DNA of 63,597 bases, the filler included, from Octopus bimaculoides (Eukaryota), in NCBI RefSeq assembly GCF_001194135.2. It is 9 parts of 8 records of this genome, joined end to end, with 100 filler letters (N's around TTAATTAATTAA, not from the genome) between each part and the next. Parts side by side here need not be neighbours in the genome. Positions count along the whole stretch, not along the records: positions 1 to 4,940 come from NC_068981.1; positions 5,041 to 8,834 come from NW_026336090.1; positions 8,935 to 19,732 come from NC_068987.1; 6 more parts are not named here. One strand, written 5' to 3'. The position numbers were made by a program, and so were the translations under genes. The notes beneath the pieces were generated by a model. The model had not been told where the DNA came from. It was given only the letters and a program-made list of their open reading frames with translations, and ran no database searches. Every line of letters begins with the position of its first letter. Positions within the stretch are counted from its first letter, which is position 1. Positions 1 to 11,171 of the stretch are shown here, piece after piece.

Positions 1-43
<43 letters not shown>

Positions 44-577
44 ATACAAATAAAATATAAGCTTTATATATATATCTATATGTATATATATAGATATATA
101 TGTGAATGTTTGTTTTTACTTATAAAGATATATTTTGCCGTTTATTTATTGATTCTATTGATTCGTTTATTCATTTTCATATTTATGTGTTTATGCATTC
201 AAGATTCTCATTTAATGTTTACAAAATTTCATAATTATAAAAATGATTGTGATAGCAGCCGATAATACATATCCGTTGAGTACAAATTTTTAAAGATCGT
301 AAATGAAAGCTAAAATTATAGATGCTAAATAATCGTTCTTCACATGCTTTGTGTTTGTTTTTTTTCTTATTTTGCTGAATGTCTCTGTAATCTTTATTTT
401 CGTGTTTGCATGTATATGAGCAACTGTCAGTTGTATGTGTATGTGGTGGTGGGCGTGCGCTTTGAGAGCGAGTTTGCGGCTGCATGCGTGCCAACGTGTG
501 TGTATTTAGTTCGTCTATTTCTCATACACACATATAACTATAAAAGGATTGAACACTCAGAAGATCTTATGTTTTAC

Positions 578-624
<47 letters not shown>

Positions 625-899
625 GTATATATTGATGGATGTTGGGAAATTATGCCTTAATGCTCATTTCGTAACATCCACATATTTATATCTCTTACTC
701 TGTAATTTCATAATTTTGTATTTTGTACATCTGTAATTTTGTGTATTTTCTCTTCATGCACTGCTGTAGATGCTCGTGTGCATTTACATGCATTTGCATA
801 CACTTTCATGCATTTAAGTACATATTTATGCGCATGTACGTGACCAAGCATGGTACCATTTCAACGTGTATGAATATGCATGTCCATAAATAAAACTTT

Positions 900-966
900 A
901 TCCGGAAGAATTTGTGTGCATGCTTCGAGGTATGTGTAGCGTGTCAGTGTGTGTGTATGTGTGTGC

Positions 967-1018
<52 letters not shown>

Positions 1019-1268
1019 TGATATATATATATATATACATCTGTGTATATATACATGTGTGTGTGTGTGTGTGTGTGTTTGTGCGTGTGTGTGTGTGCGC
1101 ATGTACGTGTGTTATAGTTAAAGAATATCCAAATGGCCATAAAGTCGAGTGTGTATGCGCGCTTATGCATGAAATCATGTATGCACACATGTATATGCAT
1201 GTACATGCGTAGATGTATATATTTGCGTACATGTGTGTGTGTATGTATGTATATGTGTGTGTGTGTGT

Positions 1269-1320
<52 letters not shown>

Positions 1321-1459
1321 AGAGATTTACATATATATACATATATTGGCATGTGTGCTCGAACAAGCGTGTGTATATATTTATGTGTATATGTATGTGC
1401 AAGAATACATACATATATAAATATATATACATACACACAACCACACACTTGTATGCATG

Positions 1460-1513
<54 letters not shown>

Positions 1514-1515
1514 TG

Positions 1516-1577
<62 letters not shown>

Positions 1578-1590
1578 GATAGATAGATAA
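900..1590. repeat. Compound microsatellite block (TA)n/(TG)n/(AG)n/(GATA)n, representative of dozens across the window
   Basis: Read directly; similar blocks at 4450-4940, 15060-15740, 17090-17790, 20660-20815, 22240-23375, 33115-33243, 36000-36960, 46190-46330, 56580-57960, 62720-62845. Confidence 0.95.
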
Positions 1591-2348
1591 AGTGCGTGTA
1601 TATGTAAATATGTCGTGGGTGTTATTCCTTTTCGTTTTTACCCCTGTATACATGTGCATCATATGTACATGCATGAGTGCATTTATGCATGTATATACAA
1701 ATATATTTATATATGAATATTTATCAATCTCTTCATATTTTTGTTTCAACACAAGCATTTGCTCCTATGAATGTTTGTATGTATATCAATATGTACGTAT
1801 GTGTGTTCATGTGCGTGTGAATACATGTATTCATCTATATATGTGTATGTATTGTTGACTGTATGTGAGCTAAAAATACGCAGCAACAGAATAGGAGAAC
1901 GTGTTGTGTTTGACCTGATATGACTTGAAACTGTCTTAGCTAAAGCAGCAGTCACCACAAGATGCAGGCTATTTATTTCTCAAATACGATTTATGCACAC
2001 CCATATTTTAAAATAATTCATCGCTAATTCTTTAAACATTCCCATATTCACCTACACTCTCTTCGTTAGTTCCTACACATGTTCACATTCAAAAGCTCAT
2101 TAATGTTTCCTTATTAGAATTATTCTACACAGAGTTTTGTAAAATAATTTTTGTAACAACGTTCAACTTTGCAGCAGTTTTTTTTTTCTATAGATGTAGT
2201 TATATTTTGTGTAAACTATTGTAGTTATGTACACCTAAATTCCTGGTCATTTTCCTGAGACACACAATTCCAACTAGTTTGCATATTATAATAATTTTGC
2301 TTTGTTTTGTATGTTTTTTTTTTGTTTTTTTTTGCTGTTTTCTTTTAC

Positions 2349-2435
2349 CCTATGATCAAGGAAAGGTAATTTCACAGTAGCGGCTCTCCGTGTGATGAAG
2401 TAGCTTTCTTTCAGTTTTACTTCCACTATGAGGTA
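2349..2435 (-). CDS. Possible downstream exon of the same minus-strand gene
   Basis: Acceptor ttcttttttgttatctgtccaaag| and donor AGG|gtaaaa bracket 87 nt. Phase 0 gives YLIVEVKLKESYFITRRAATVKLPFLDHR; joined in phase 1 to the 5103-5228 exon it gives VPHSGSKTERKLLHHTESRYCEITFP*. No family recognised. Confidence 0.25.
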
Positions 2436-2999
2436 CTTTGGACAGATAACAAAAAAGAATTCACATTTCAAACTTCAGAAAAGTCTTGCATATTTTTACT
2501 ATTCCGCTTACAAATTGTATTTGTAATGTGCGAGTCAGCTGGCTGATTTCTTTTTCTGCAAACTTTGGCAAAGTAGGTGCACCGATTATTATTGGTATGA
2601 ATATGAATTTATCATCTGAGTACAGAAGCTGAAGGCTTCGAAGCAGTTATCTATAGTTATCCTCTCTGTCTTTCATAAACGAAGAGATAGTTACATCATC
2701 AGAGCAGCTGATTTCTATGATTATTCATACTTTATCTTGTGTCTCCCAAACAACAATACCTGGCCTGTTATGTTTGCCCTTGTCTGAACTTTGTTGGGGC
2801 GTATTCCACTAACATTCCATATTTTTAAGTATATATGCATGACTTCGCCGCCAAATCGAGCCAGTATCCTACCAACATCCAACTCGAGTGCGTGGGACTA
2901 GGCATAAAGAAAATAACTGTTATCGCTTTCGAAGCATTAATATTGCATTATTTGAGCTGACAAATAGAAGCTAAATATCTTGAAGTTATCTTGAATTTC

Positions 3000-3800
3000 T
3001 TTCAGAACACCTCACTATTCTAACATTCGATGAGATTGGCATGTTTTACGCATCCACGAAACTCAATGTCATTTTCCAAAAAATACACAAAATACAGAAA
3101 TACTGAAAGATCTTTAACAGACTTTCGAGTAAATTATCATACAGCTGCTGTCCCAATATGAAGCCTGTGAACAACACCAAAAGTCACCCTCCACCCAATT
3201 GTAACTATCGAGAACTTAGAGTTTGCTCATTTGGCCAGGCGTCCATGATAAACTCTGTCGTATATGAGGCAGAAGTCACAGTAACGTTATAGGATAAGCA
3301 AACGTTATATAAGCAAACGGGTTGTACGAAGGCGACTTCAAAAGAAGCTGTTAGACGCTTATCTTCTTTCTGGTACATGGACAAAAGTAAAGCAATTAAG
3401 CTGTCTATCCACGCATGGGGTTTGAAGACCAACTCCACGCCACATGCAATCAAGTGGGAAATCGTAGAAGAATTGATGCGTATGTTAATGGATTTAAGAA
3501 ATGCTTGTTATACGCAGTTGAAATATCCCACATCATTTTTAGGTCCAAGAATTATTCTACCGCACTGTTGAATTCTAGATCAAAATTTTTCAGCAAATGC
3601 AAATTTAAGGACAAGTTTCTTTTAGCAAATTAGAGGACACCACCCTCACCGGATTGAACAGCTGGATCGCTGATTTTAAGCCCTCTCCGTTGAGTATACA
3701 CCAACTAGCTTTATGGCTTTATAGTCAAAAGAGACAATACTTTAATTCTCTTCTTTTTTCTTTTTTTTTCTGGTTTCTTTTTTACTCTTCTACGTTGTGT
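3000..3800 (+). mobile_element. Penelope-like element 3' fragment (RT C-terminal linker + GIY-YIG endonuclease), degenerate
   Basis: Translation KLSYSCCPNMK...PPPNCNYRELRVCSFGQASMINSVVYEAEVT...KLSIHAWGLKTNSTPHAIKWEIVEE, then frameshift to AYVNGFKKCLLYAVE...LLNSRSKFFSKCKFKDKFLLAN*. Matches PLE motifs SYSCxPNM, CNC, VY, LSxHxWxLK, IKWEI, LLNxRxE..SKC. Confidence 0.85.
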
Positions 3801-3951
3801 CTCCTGATTTCTCTTGCTTTATTGCTCTGATTTGTAACTTGTATAGGTCTTGTGTACAGAGCCCGAGGATTGCTTGGAGATATTAGGTGTATTATTAATA
3901 TCTGCCTAGATCACATCGCCAGTGTGTGAAACAATTAATAGCTCATAACTA

Positions 3952-4068
3952 CAGGGTGTCCACAAAGTCTGGGTACATGGGGATTAACACATACTTTAAG
4001 AAATTATAATTTCTTATATTTAATTGTTTATGTTATGATTTTATTTACTCTAACTTGTGGACACCCTG
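3952..4068. mobile_element. Tc1/mariner-type MITE, 117 bp
   Basis: TIR cagggtgtccacaa / ttgtggacaccctg with TA on both sides (3950-51, 4069-70); second copy at 16563-16771. Confidence 0.9.
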
Positions 4069-4484
4069 TATATACTGTGTACATTAAACGATATTCATTT
4101 CTCATCGGTTGGAATATTTTTCTCTTTTTTTCTGTGTTGATCTTNNNNNNNNNNNNNNNNNNNNNNNNNNNNNNNNNNNNNNNNNNNNNNNNNNNNNNNN
4201 NNCCGAAGCTCAGACTTTAGCAAGATTTATTTTATGAAAGACACACAGTCTTCCAGACAGCAAGTGGTCCTTCTTCACCCCATAAGTGTTCTGCAAGTAG
4301 AAAGGAAGCGTCACTTCGGGTTGCCATCAGCGCCGTCATCCCTACAAGTAGAACGTAAGGAAACAGAACATTAACACAAGGTATTCTCTCCAACTGTCCA
4401 ACAATACCATCACACATTTTTTATACGCACACCCACACACTCACGAAGATGTGTGTGTGTGTGTGTGCGTGTGTGTGTGCGCGC

Positions 4485-4523
<39 letters not shown>

Positions 4524-4908
4524 TGTGTGTGTGTGTGGGTGTGTGTGTGTGTGCGTCTGCTCGCGCCTATATGTGGCCGGCGTATATGCGTTTTTGTGTA
4601 AGTGCATGATTTCATTGTGATCAAAATATCTGTATATATACCTCTTTATTTATTATGTATACATATCTATGTATATATTATGTATATATTTATATATATA
4701 TACGTATATATGTATATGTATTTGTGTATTTGTGTATTGTGTATATGCATATATTTATATTTATTTATATATATATATATATATACACGTTTGTATTTGT
4801 GACTGTGTGACTGTGCATGTGTGTGGCGTGTGGTGCTTGTTGGCACAGACGTCTGTGTGAGTTACCATACAGAAAGATTGTTTGTACATGTATGTATGTA
4901 TAAATAAT

Positions 4909-4940
<32 letters not shown>

Positions 4941-4984
4941 NNNNNNNNNNNNNNNNNNNNNNNNNNNNNNNNNNNNNNNNNNNN

Positions 4985-4996
4985 TTAATTAATTAA
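4985..4996. other. Assembly spacer TTAATTAATTAA inside a 100-nt gap (8 occurrences)
   Basis: Identical 12-mer flanked by 44 N on each side at 4985, 8879, 19777, 26209, 28920, 44815, 50493, 58975; it is a palindrome with stops in all six frames. Confidence 0.9.
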
Positions 4997-5102
4997 NNNN
5001 NNNNNNNNNNNNNNNNNNNNNNNNNNNNNNNNNNNNNNNNAATGATGATGAAGATGATTCTGCATGAAATATTATAAAATAAAATACGAAAAGAAAAAAT
5101 AC

Positions 5103-5228
5103 CTTTAGTGGAGTTATCTATCAACGTAGCTGTGTTAAAGCAAGCAATTTTTCCTTCTGCTGTGCAGTTACATCCTGAATCATGAATTGGGCCCACATCT
5201 ACATACTTGTCAATATAAAAGCATACAC
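5103..5228 (-). CDS. Internal coding exon (126 nt, phase 1/1) of a host gene; 4-Cys FnI/VWC-like extracellular module
   Basis: Minus strand reads ttttctattctacag|GTGTATGC...CCACTAAAG|gtattttt: pyrimidine-rich acceptor, GT donor, length divisible by 3, no stop. Peptide (G)VCFYIDKYVDVGPIHDSGCNCTAEGKIACFNTATLIDNSTK(G), pattern C-x16-CxC-x7-C. Domain assignment is by motif resemblance only. Confidence 0.75.
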
Positions 5229-5269
5229 CTGTAGAATAGAAAAGCACACAGATGCATAAATAGATACAT

Positions 5270-5300
<31 letters not shown>

Positions 5301-5304
5301 TATA

Positions 5305-5412
5305 TCATCGTCGTTTAACGTCCGCTTTCCATGCTAGCATGGGTTGGACAATTTGACTGAGGACTGGTGAAACCAGATGGCTACATCAGGCTCCAATCCG
5401 ATTGGAGCTTGG
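5305..5412 (-). mobile_element. 3' end of a retroelement (LINE/SINE tail) ending in (GAT)n
   Basis: tcatcgtcgtttaacgtccgctttccatgctagcatgggttggac is shared with 8401-8521; short (ATC)n tail on the plus strand. Confidence 0.65.
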
Positions 5413-5789
5413 TGTATATAATATATATATATATTTTTTTAATATAAATCTATGTAGCATATATACACATGTGTGTAATTTAACCACTTCTCTATAGATA
5501 GAACAAATAAAATGATGATCAGCCTAAATCGATTTTTGATCCTTATTGGCATCTTATCAGAGGTGTCTACATCATTTTGACCAATCTCAGAGAAAGGAGC
5601 AGTCAATGTGCTTATATACACAAGTCAAGTAGCTTCAGAGCTCTGGAGCTACTAATTTGCACATCACATGTATTATTAGTTACAGAGCAGTATTAATTCA
5701 AAAGAGTACTATATTGAATCCTTGAAACTGTAGTGTTTATCTTGGGAAAACAGCTTGTATAGATGTCTAGTATTAAAAAAACACGCATA

Positions 5790-5998
5790 TATTTAACAAC
5801 TGACAAATGTAATGCTACTTTTATCTACATTGTTTTGAATTAATCATGCATCATTTTGTAGCTTCAAAATTTCAATGATATTATTTTTAAAAAATAACAT
5901 TGTAGGGTAGGTGTGAGAGGCTTGATCTGGCCAGTTTGAATATAAAACATGTAGAATATTTGGACCTGATATGAGCAGTTTAAATGCTAAAGGGTTAG
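5790..5998. mobile_element. Probable piggyBac-like non-autonomous element remnant
   Basis: Ends ...taaatgctaaagggttag, resembling the AGGG-TTAA terminus; other terminus degenerate. Family assignment is from recall. Confidence 0.4.
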
Positions 5999-6319
5999 AT
6001 TTATATCATTTTAAAACAAGGAATTAGTATCAGAACCAGGACTGGTTTCAGGCAGATATAAAAAAATGGTCAAAATGATCTAAATAAAAACTTTCTAGCA
6101 AAATTTCATATCAATTTTTGTTCCAAACATTAACTTAATTACGGCAAAGTAATTCTACATTCTTCATTATTTACAGAATTAATAAAAAAAAACAAATGCA
6201 GTGTGTTTCAGTAAAAATATGGTAACAAAAGGGTTACTGTATCAAAAAATATAGGGGTGATAGAGAAGCAATAGGAAAAAAGAAAAAAAGAGAAAAAAAT
6301 TGACATAGAATGTGATATA

Positions 6320-7732
6320 TCAGGTCATCCCATAAGTTCTGTCCGAATTTTGAATAAAGAAAACAAGTGATCAAATGTTATATTTAATTGAAATTTAATC
6401 ATCAATGTACTTTCCCTGATTATCTATGACTTCCTTCCATCTATTTACAAGCTTTTTAATCCCATCAATGTAAAATGCTTTTGGTTTCAAAGCGAAAAAC
6501 TCTGAAATGTCAGTTTTGACCTCCTCCTGACTTGCGAAAGTTATGTCCCCCAAATGATTCTGTAAACTACGAAACAAATGGTAGTCTGAAGGAGCAAGGT
6601 CAGGAGAATAAGGTGGATGAGGAATTTTTCCCAACCAAGCTCTTCAATCGTCTGTGATGTGATCTTTCCATTGTGGGGTCGCGCATTGTCCTGATGAAAC
6701 ATCATTCATTTTCGATTCACTAAAGCAGGTCTTTTTTNNNNNNNNNNNNNNNNNNNNNNNNNNNNNNNNNNNNNNNNNNNNNNNNNNNNNNNNNNNNNNN
6801 NNNNNNNNNNNNNNNNNNNNNNNNNNNNNNNNNNNNNNNNNNNNNNNNNNNNNNNNNNNNNNNNNNNNNNNNNNNNNNNNNNNNNNNNNNNNNNNNNNNN
6901 NNNNNNNNNNNNNNNNNNNNNNNNNNNNNNNNNNNNNNNNNNNNNNNNNNNNNNNNNNNNNNNNNNNNNNNNNNNNNNNNNNNNNNNNNNNNNNNNNNNN
7001 NNNNNNNNNNNNNNNNNNNNNNNNNNNNNNNNNNNNNNNNNNNNNNNNNNNNNNNNNNNNNNNNNNNNNNNNNNNNNNNNNNNNNNNNNNNNNNNNNNNN
7101 NNNNNNNNNNNNNNNNNNNNNNNNNNNNNNNNNNNNNNNNNNNNNNNNNNNNNNNNNNNNNNNNNNNNNNNNNNNNNNNNNNNNNNNNNNNNNNNNNNNN
7201 NNNNNNNNNNNNNNNNNNNNNNNNNNNNNNNNNNNNNNNNNNNNNNNNNNNNNNNNNNNNNNNNNNNNNNNNNNNNNNNNNNNNNNNNNNNNNNNNNNNN
7301 NNNNNNNNNNNNNNNNNNNNNNNNNNNNNNNNNNNNNNNNNNNNNNNNNNNNNNNNNNNNNNNNNNNNNNNNNNNNNNNNNNNNNNNNNNNNNNNNNNNN
7401 NNNNNNNNNNNNNNNNNNNNNNNNNNNNNNNNNNNNNNNNNNNNNNNNNNNNNNNNNNNNNNNNNNNNNNNNNNNNNNNNNNNNNNNNNNNNNNNNNNNN
7501 NNNTCATAAAGCATTATGTGCCTTAAATGCTCTTTGGATACTTCCATGTTAGAAAGGGTTTTAATCAAAGAAATTTTAATTCTATTATTCTGTAAAATAA
7601 TATTTAATTAGTTTAAGTGTACACAAATGCATAAAAATAATTTTTAATTCAATTAGACATTCTAAAATACTATTAAATTTCATTTAATTTTAAAAATAGT
7701 TAAATTCGGACAGAATTTATAGGATGACCTGA
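6320..7732 (-). mobile_element. Mariner (DD34D) transposon with both TIRs; transposase inactivated, middle in N gap
   Basis: 31-bp TIRs 6320-6350 and 7702-7732 (2 mismatches), TA TSD both sides. ATG at 7547 MEVSKEHLRHIMLY; C-terminal FHQDNATP and PHPPYSPDLAPSDYHLFRSLQNHL...GKYIDD* (stop 6395). In-frame stop and frameshifts near 6630-6710. Confidence 0.95.
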
Positions 7733-8079
7733 TAATATGGTAAGTATTTAGTTGGTGTGTAAATTGCAAGGGAATAATTGAACTCTTTGCTTAATTTGTG
7801 TATGACATGTAATGCATAGGATACATTTCCCTGGGTTCCATGCATCATATATGATACACATACCTAATTTCTGTTCCAGCCTCCTGGAAAATGGATGGTC
7901 TTGAGGTCATCTGGTGCAATACAGCTTGGTATTGAATCTCTCACATTGTTTGAGAAGCCAGTTAAGGTTACTGATGATTGTACCATCTTCTTCTCACAGG
8001 GCATAAATGTTATCTTTTCCCAAGCATTGCTTTCTCTTGACAGACTTCAGACCTCAATTCTATTTGCAAGCTTTTAGCT

Positions 8080-8385
8080 CTCATAGGCCACCAAATAGCA
8101 GAAATCATCTACTACTTCTAGAGAGCCTCCTGGGCATTCAAGAAAATCAGTTTCTGATGTATCTTTATGGCTCCTGCACATCCTCCACATACAAACACTA
8201 CTTTCTCTGTTAACCGTCCTACTATTCCGTTGTACCTCTTGTGTGTCCATAGTTTGCACTGTGCACATCGAATGGAATTTCTGTTAACACCTTTCCTACA
8301 TATCGAGCAGGGCCATTCACCTGAAAGGTGGTAGGGTCTTGTCTGATTTCTTGTTTACTAGGATCTTGGTCTTTGCTAAGTTAAC
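8080..8385 (-). mobile_element. RTE-clade LINE ORF fragment (RT C-terminus, PHD-like finger, start of thumb)
   Basis: VNLAKTKIL...WPCSICRKGVNRNSIRCAQCKLWTHKRY...FVCGGC.../DFLECPGGSLEVVDDFCYL; the NxxKTK and LEVVDxFCYL motifs are typical of RTE RT. Two frameshifts. Confidence 0.85.
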
Positions 8386-8400
8386 ATATGCATACATATA

Positions 8401-8521
8401 TCATCATCATCATTTTTTAACATCTGCTTTCCATGCTGGCATGGGTTGGACGGTTTGACAAGAGCCAGCCAGGTAGAAGACTACACCTGGCTTCTGTGTG
8501 TATTTTGACATGAGTTTTACA
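8401..8521 (-). mobile_element. 3' end of retroelement with (GAT)n tail, same family as 5305-5412
   Basis: tcatcatcatcattttttaacatctgctttccatgctggcatgggttggacgg is homologous to 5305-5412. Confidence 0.65.
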
Positions 8522-8525
8522 AATA

Positions 8526-8834
8526 GGCGTAGGAGTGGCTGTGTGGTAAGTAGCTTGCTGACCAACCACATGGTTCTGGGTTCAATCCCACTGCGTGGCA
8601 CCTTGGGCAAGTAAGTGTCTTCTACTGTAGCCTCACCCGACCAAAGCCTTGTAAGTGGATTTGGTAGACGGAAACTGAAAGAAGCCTGTTGTATATATGT
8701 ATATATGTATGTGTGTGTGTATATGTTAGTGTGTCTATGTTTGTCTCCCAACATCGCTTAACAACCGATGGAGGTGTGTTTACGTTCCCGTAACTTAGCG
8801 GTCCGGCAAAAGAGACCGATAGAATAAGTACTAG
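8526..8834 (+). mobile_element. SINE family B (tRNA-like head, internal TA/TG microsatellite, second module)
   Basis: A-box-like TGGCTGTGTGG, B-box-like GGTTCAATCCC, then ggcaccttgggcaag...gtagacggaaactgaaagaagcc; homologous copies at 16.4, 43.6, 46.4, 48.5-49.5, 50.7 and 53.6 kb. Confidence 0.85.
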
Positions 8835-8961
8835 NNNNNNNNNNNNNNNNNNNNNNNNNNNNNNNNNNNNNNNNNNNNTTAATTAATTAANNNNNNNNNN
8901 NNNNNNNNNNNNNNNNNNNNNNNNNNNNNNNNNNTATATAAATAAATATATATATATATTT

Positions 8962-9200
8962 AAAAAAATAACGTCGACCACTAACGTGGACAATTAATGC
9001 GCTAGAAATAGATCACATCTTGTGTCTATTAAGACCTAAAAAGTTCTCAACATGAAATATAGCAGCATACCAAAAACGTGAGCGGGCAAGACATTTAAAA
9101 TCACCTAAAAAAATCATTATTAAACAGGAACCAGGTTTCGGATTTAACAAATTCTTACCATTTGTCTATTCCTCATCAGCCTGATTTGTAATGTAGCAGC
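8962..9200 (-). mobile_element. ~240-bp repeat carrying a type-I hammerhead ribozyme (copy 1)
   Basis: Its reverse complement aligns along its length to 43955-44190. Confidence 0.85.
9125..9183 (-). ncRNA. Type-I hammerhead ribozyme motif (one insertion in stem III)
   Basis: CAGG-CTGATGA-GGAAT..acaaat/atttgt..AATCC-GAAA-CCTGG-TT-CCTG: stem I CAGG/CCTG, intact core, palindromic ACC(T)GGT stem III, GUU cleavage triplet. Confidence 0.7.
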
Positions 9201-9207
9201 AATTATC

Positions 9208-9318
9208 CTGTTGTTGATGTTGAAATTCCAATGAAGGAACCTTCGATCTAGGTTAGAAACCGGTTCTTTCTCTACTGGCAAGAAATCTTGAAATAAACTG
9301 AATAATGACATATATATA
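9208..9318 (+). repeat. Interspersed repeat family G (copies at 9.2, 15.4, 23.9 kb)
   Basis: gatgttgaaattccaatgaagga...ggttagaaaccggttctttctc...aagaaatcttgaaataaactgaataatgac recurs three times, each abutting a TA/TACA microsatellite. Confidence 0.85.
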
Positions 9319-9425
9319 AATGTGTATCGTGTATCGTCAGTGGATCATGTATCCGAAAAGGAAGCACACTCTAAAAGTTAGAGCAGTATTGTATTTACAC
9401 GAATTTAAACATATTTGTTGTGTGT

Positions 9426-9457
<32 letters not shown>

Positions 9458-9465
9458 GGGGATGG

Positions 9466-9519
<54 letters not shown>

Positions 9520-9546
9520 GCAATCATTCCTGCGCGCACATGTAAG

Positions 9547-10802
9547 CACGAAGGCTGTACCGGAAGTAATATAGCTGGTCATAATTTTTTCTCTCCTTGT
9601 TGCCAGTGGTCATTGAAATTGCACTTGTTGATAAACTAACTCTTCTTCTGTAGTAACTCTCTTTCTTCTTCTTTTTCTTTTTATTTTTTATTATAGACAA
9701 ATATTGGATCTCATGCAGAAGCAATGTGCAGTCATTGAGTTTTTAACGAAGAAAGAATACAGGCGGTCTGACTTCCACTGGAGGCTAAAATTTGATCACA
9801 AAGACGATATTATTGAGAAGAGCGATGTACAAAGATGGATGGACGAGAATAAAGAAGAGAAAGCTAGCACTGAAAACAAACCTCTGCGTTCACAGTGCAT
9901 TACATTGTGCTCACAATACATTACAGAGGACGAGGAAGACTTTGAGTACTAAAAATTGTGTGGAAACTTGTTACCTTGGCAGTTGACCCTTGATTTAAAG
10001 GAGAGAAAGGTGGTAGTCTCCTTCGATCTGATGGAAACGTTTGAAGCTAATGAAAGCACGTCTTTTTTTTCTGTCTTCTTTTCTTTCCTTATTTTTTTTT
10101 TATTTGGTGAGAGGAAATGAAACGTGAGCATAGCGAGGGCTCAATCCGTGGAATGGACCAAGAAGTTCAAGAGCCTGCGATCGGCATCGAAATCAGAGTT
10201 ACTGTTTGATGGTGTGGCAAGGACTTCATTTTCCTTGCTTCTCTGTAACGTGGCTGCAAAGGAATTCATTTTCCTTGCTTCTCTATAACTGTGAACAGCG
10301 TGTGTTGCACTGAGATACTGGAAACGCTTAAGAAAAGCTATTGTTTAGAAGAGACCAAACAAGAATTTGAAAACGATCTGCATTCATTATGACAATGCAT
10401 ATCAATACAAATCTTTGGAAATAAATCAGGCAATCGGCAAATTGGGCTGCTCAATGGTCCATCACCAATCATACAGCCCCAGACCTGGCGCTCGTTAACA
10501 TCCGTCTGTTCTATATATAAAAGTCAGTCTTCGGGGACAACGATTTGATGACACAGATAAGGTGAAAGCGACTGTGAATAAATGGATACAACAGTTTCAC
10601 ACTTGATTTTTCCCCAAAATAGGTTCCACAAATTTGGTTCAACGATGGCGCTCATGTATTGTATGCAATGGAGACTATGTTGAATGGTATCTTTTTGTAG
10701 AGGAAGAGTTGCCCTACGCACATGTGATATTTGAACGCGTTGTGTAGCAGTTAATAAAAATGTTACGCCCTCTTTTGTATTACTTCTGATATAACCCACG
10801 TG
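9547..10802 (+). mobile_element. Old near-full-length mariner transposon, heavily mutated
   Basis: Degenerate TIRs cacgaaggctgtaccggaagtaatata (9547) vs revcomp of 10776-10802 (20/27 identical). Peptides QKQCAVIEFLTKKE...DVQRW, KLCGNLLPWQLT, IHYDNAY, HQSYSPDLA, LRGQRF, LVQRWRSCIVCNGDYVE; length 1256 bp. Confidence 0.85.
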
Positions 10803-11171
10803 TGTATATAGGTTTAGTTTTGCCTGTAAACTGCTAAGAATACCATATCACTTTGGGTATGCATTCTCACACTGAGCGAAATGTCGGTAGGATCTACCGA
10901 AGGACTTGTTTAAATAATCACTTGAGGAGGCACATTTTACTCATTGGATGGATGATAAGGATTAGACAGCATCTCACCAATGTACTACAGGTGTAAAAAT
11001 GTGTCGAAACAATTGTAGCAATTTTAAATATTGTTCATTCCATTTTCTATCATTTCTCTCCCCCTCTCTCTCTTTGTATATATGTATATATATAGATCGT
11101 AAATAATATATAATATATATATATATATATATATTATTTACTATATACATATATATGCATGTATGGATGCA

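Noticed and set aside
861-1758. Long ORFs such as 861-1448 (195 aa) and similar HT/VC/YI/LS-repeat ORFs throughout
   Set aside because: Translations of dinucleotide and tetranucleotide microsatellites; no coding signal.
4985-4996. Recurrent TTAATTAATTAA motif (8 times)
   Set aside because: Always centred in 44N+12+44N; an artificial six-frame-stop scaffold spacer, not biology.
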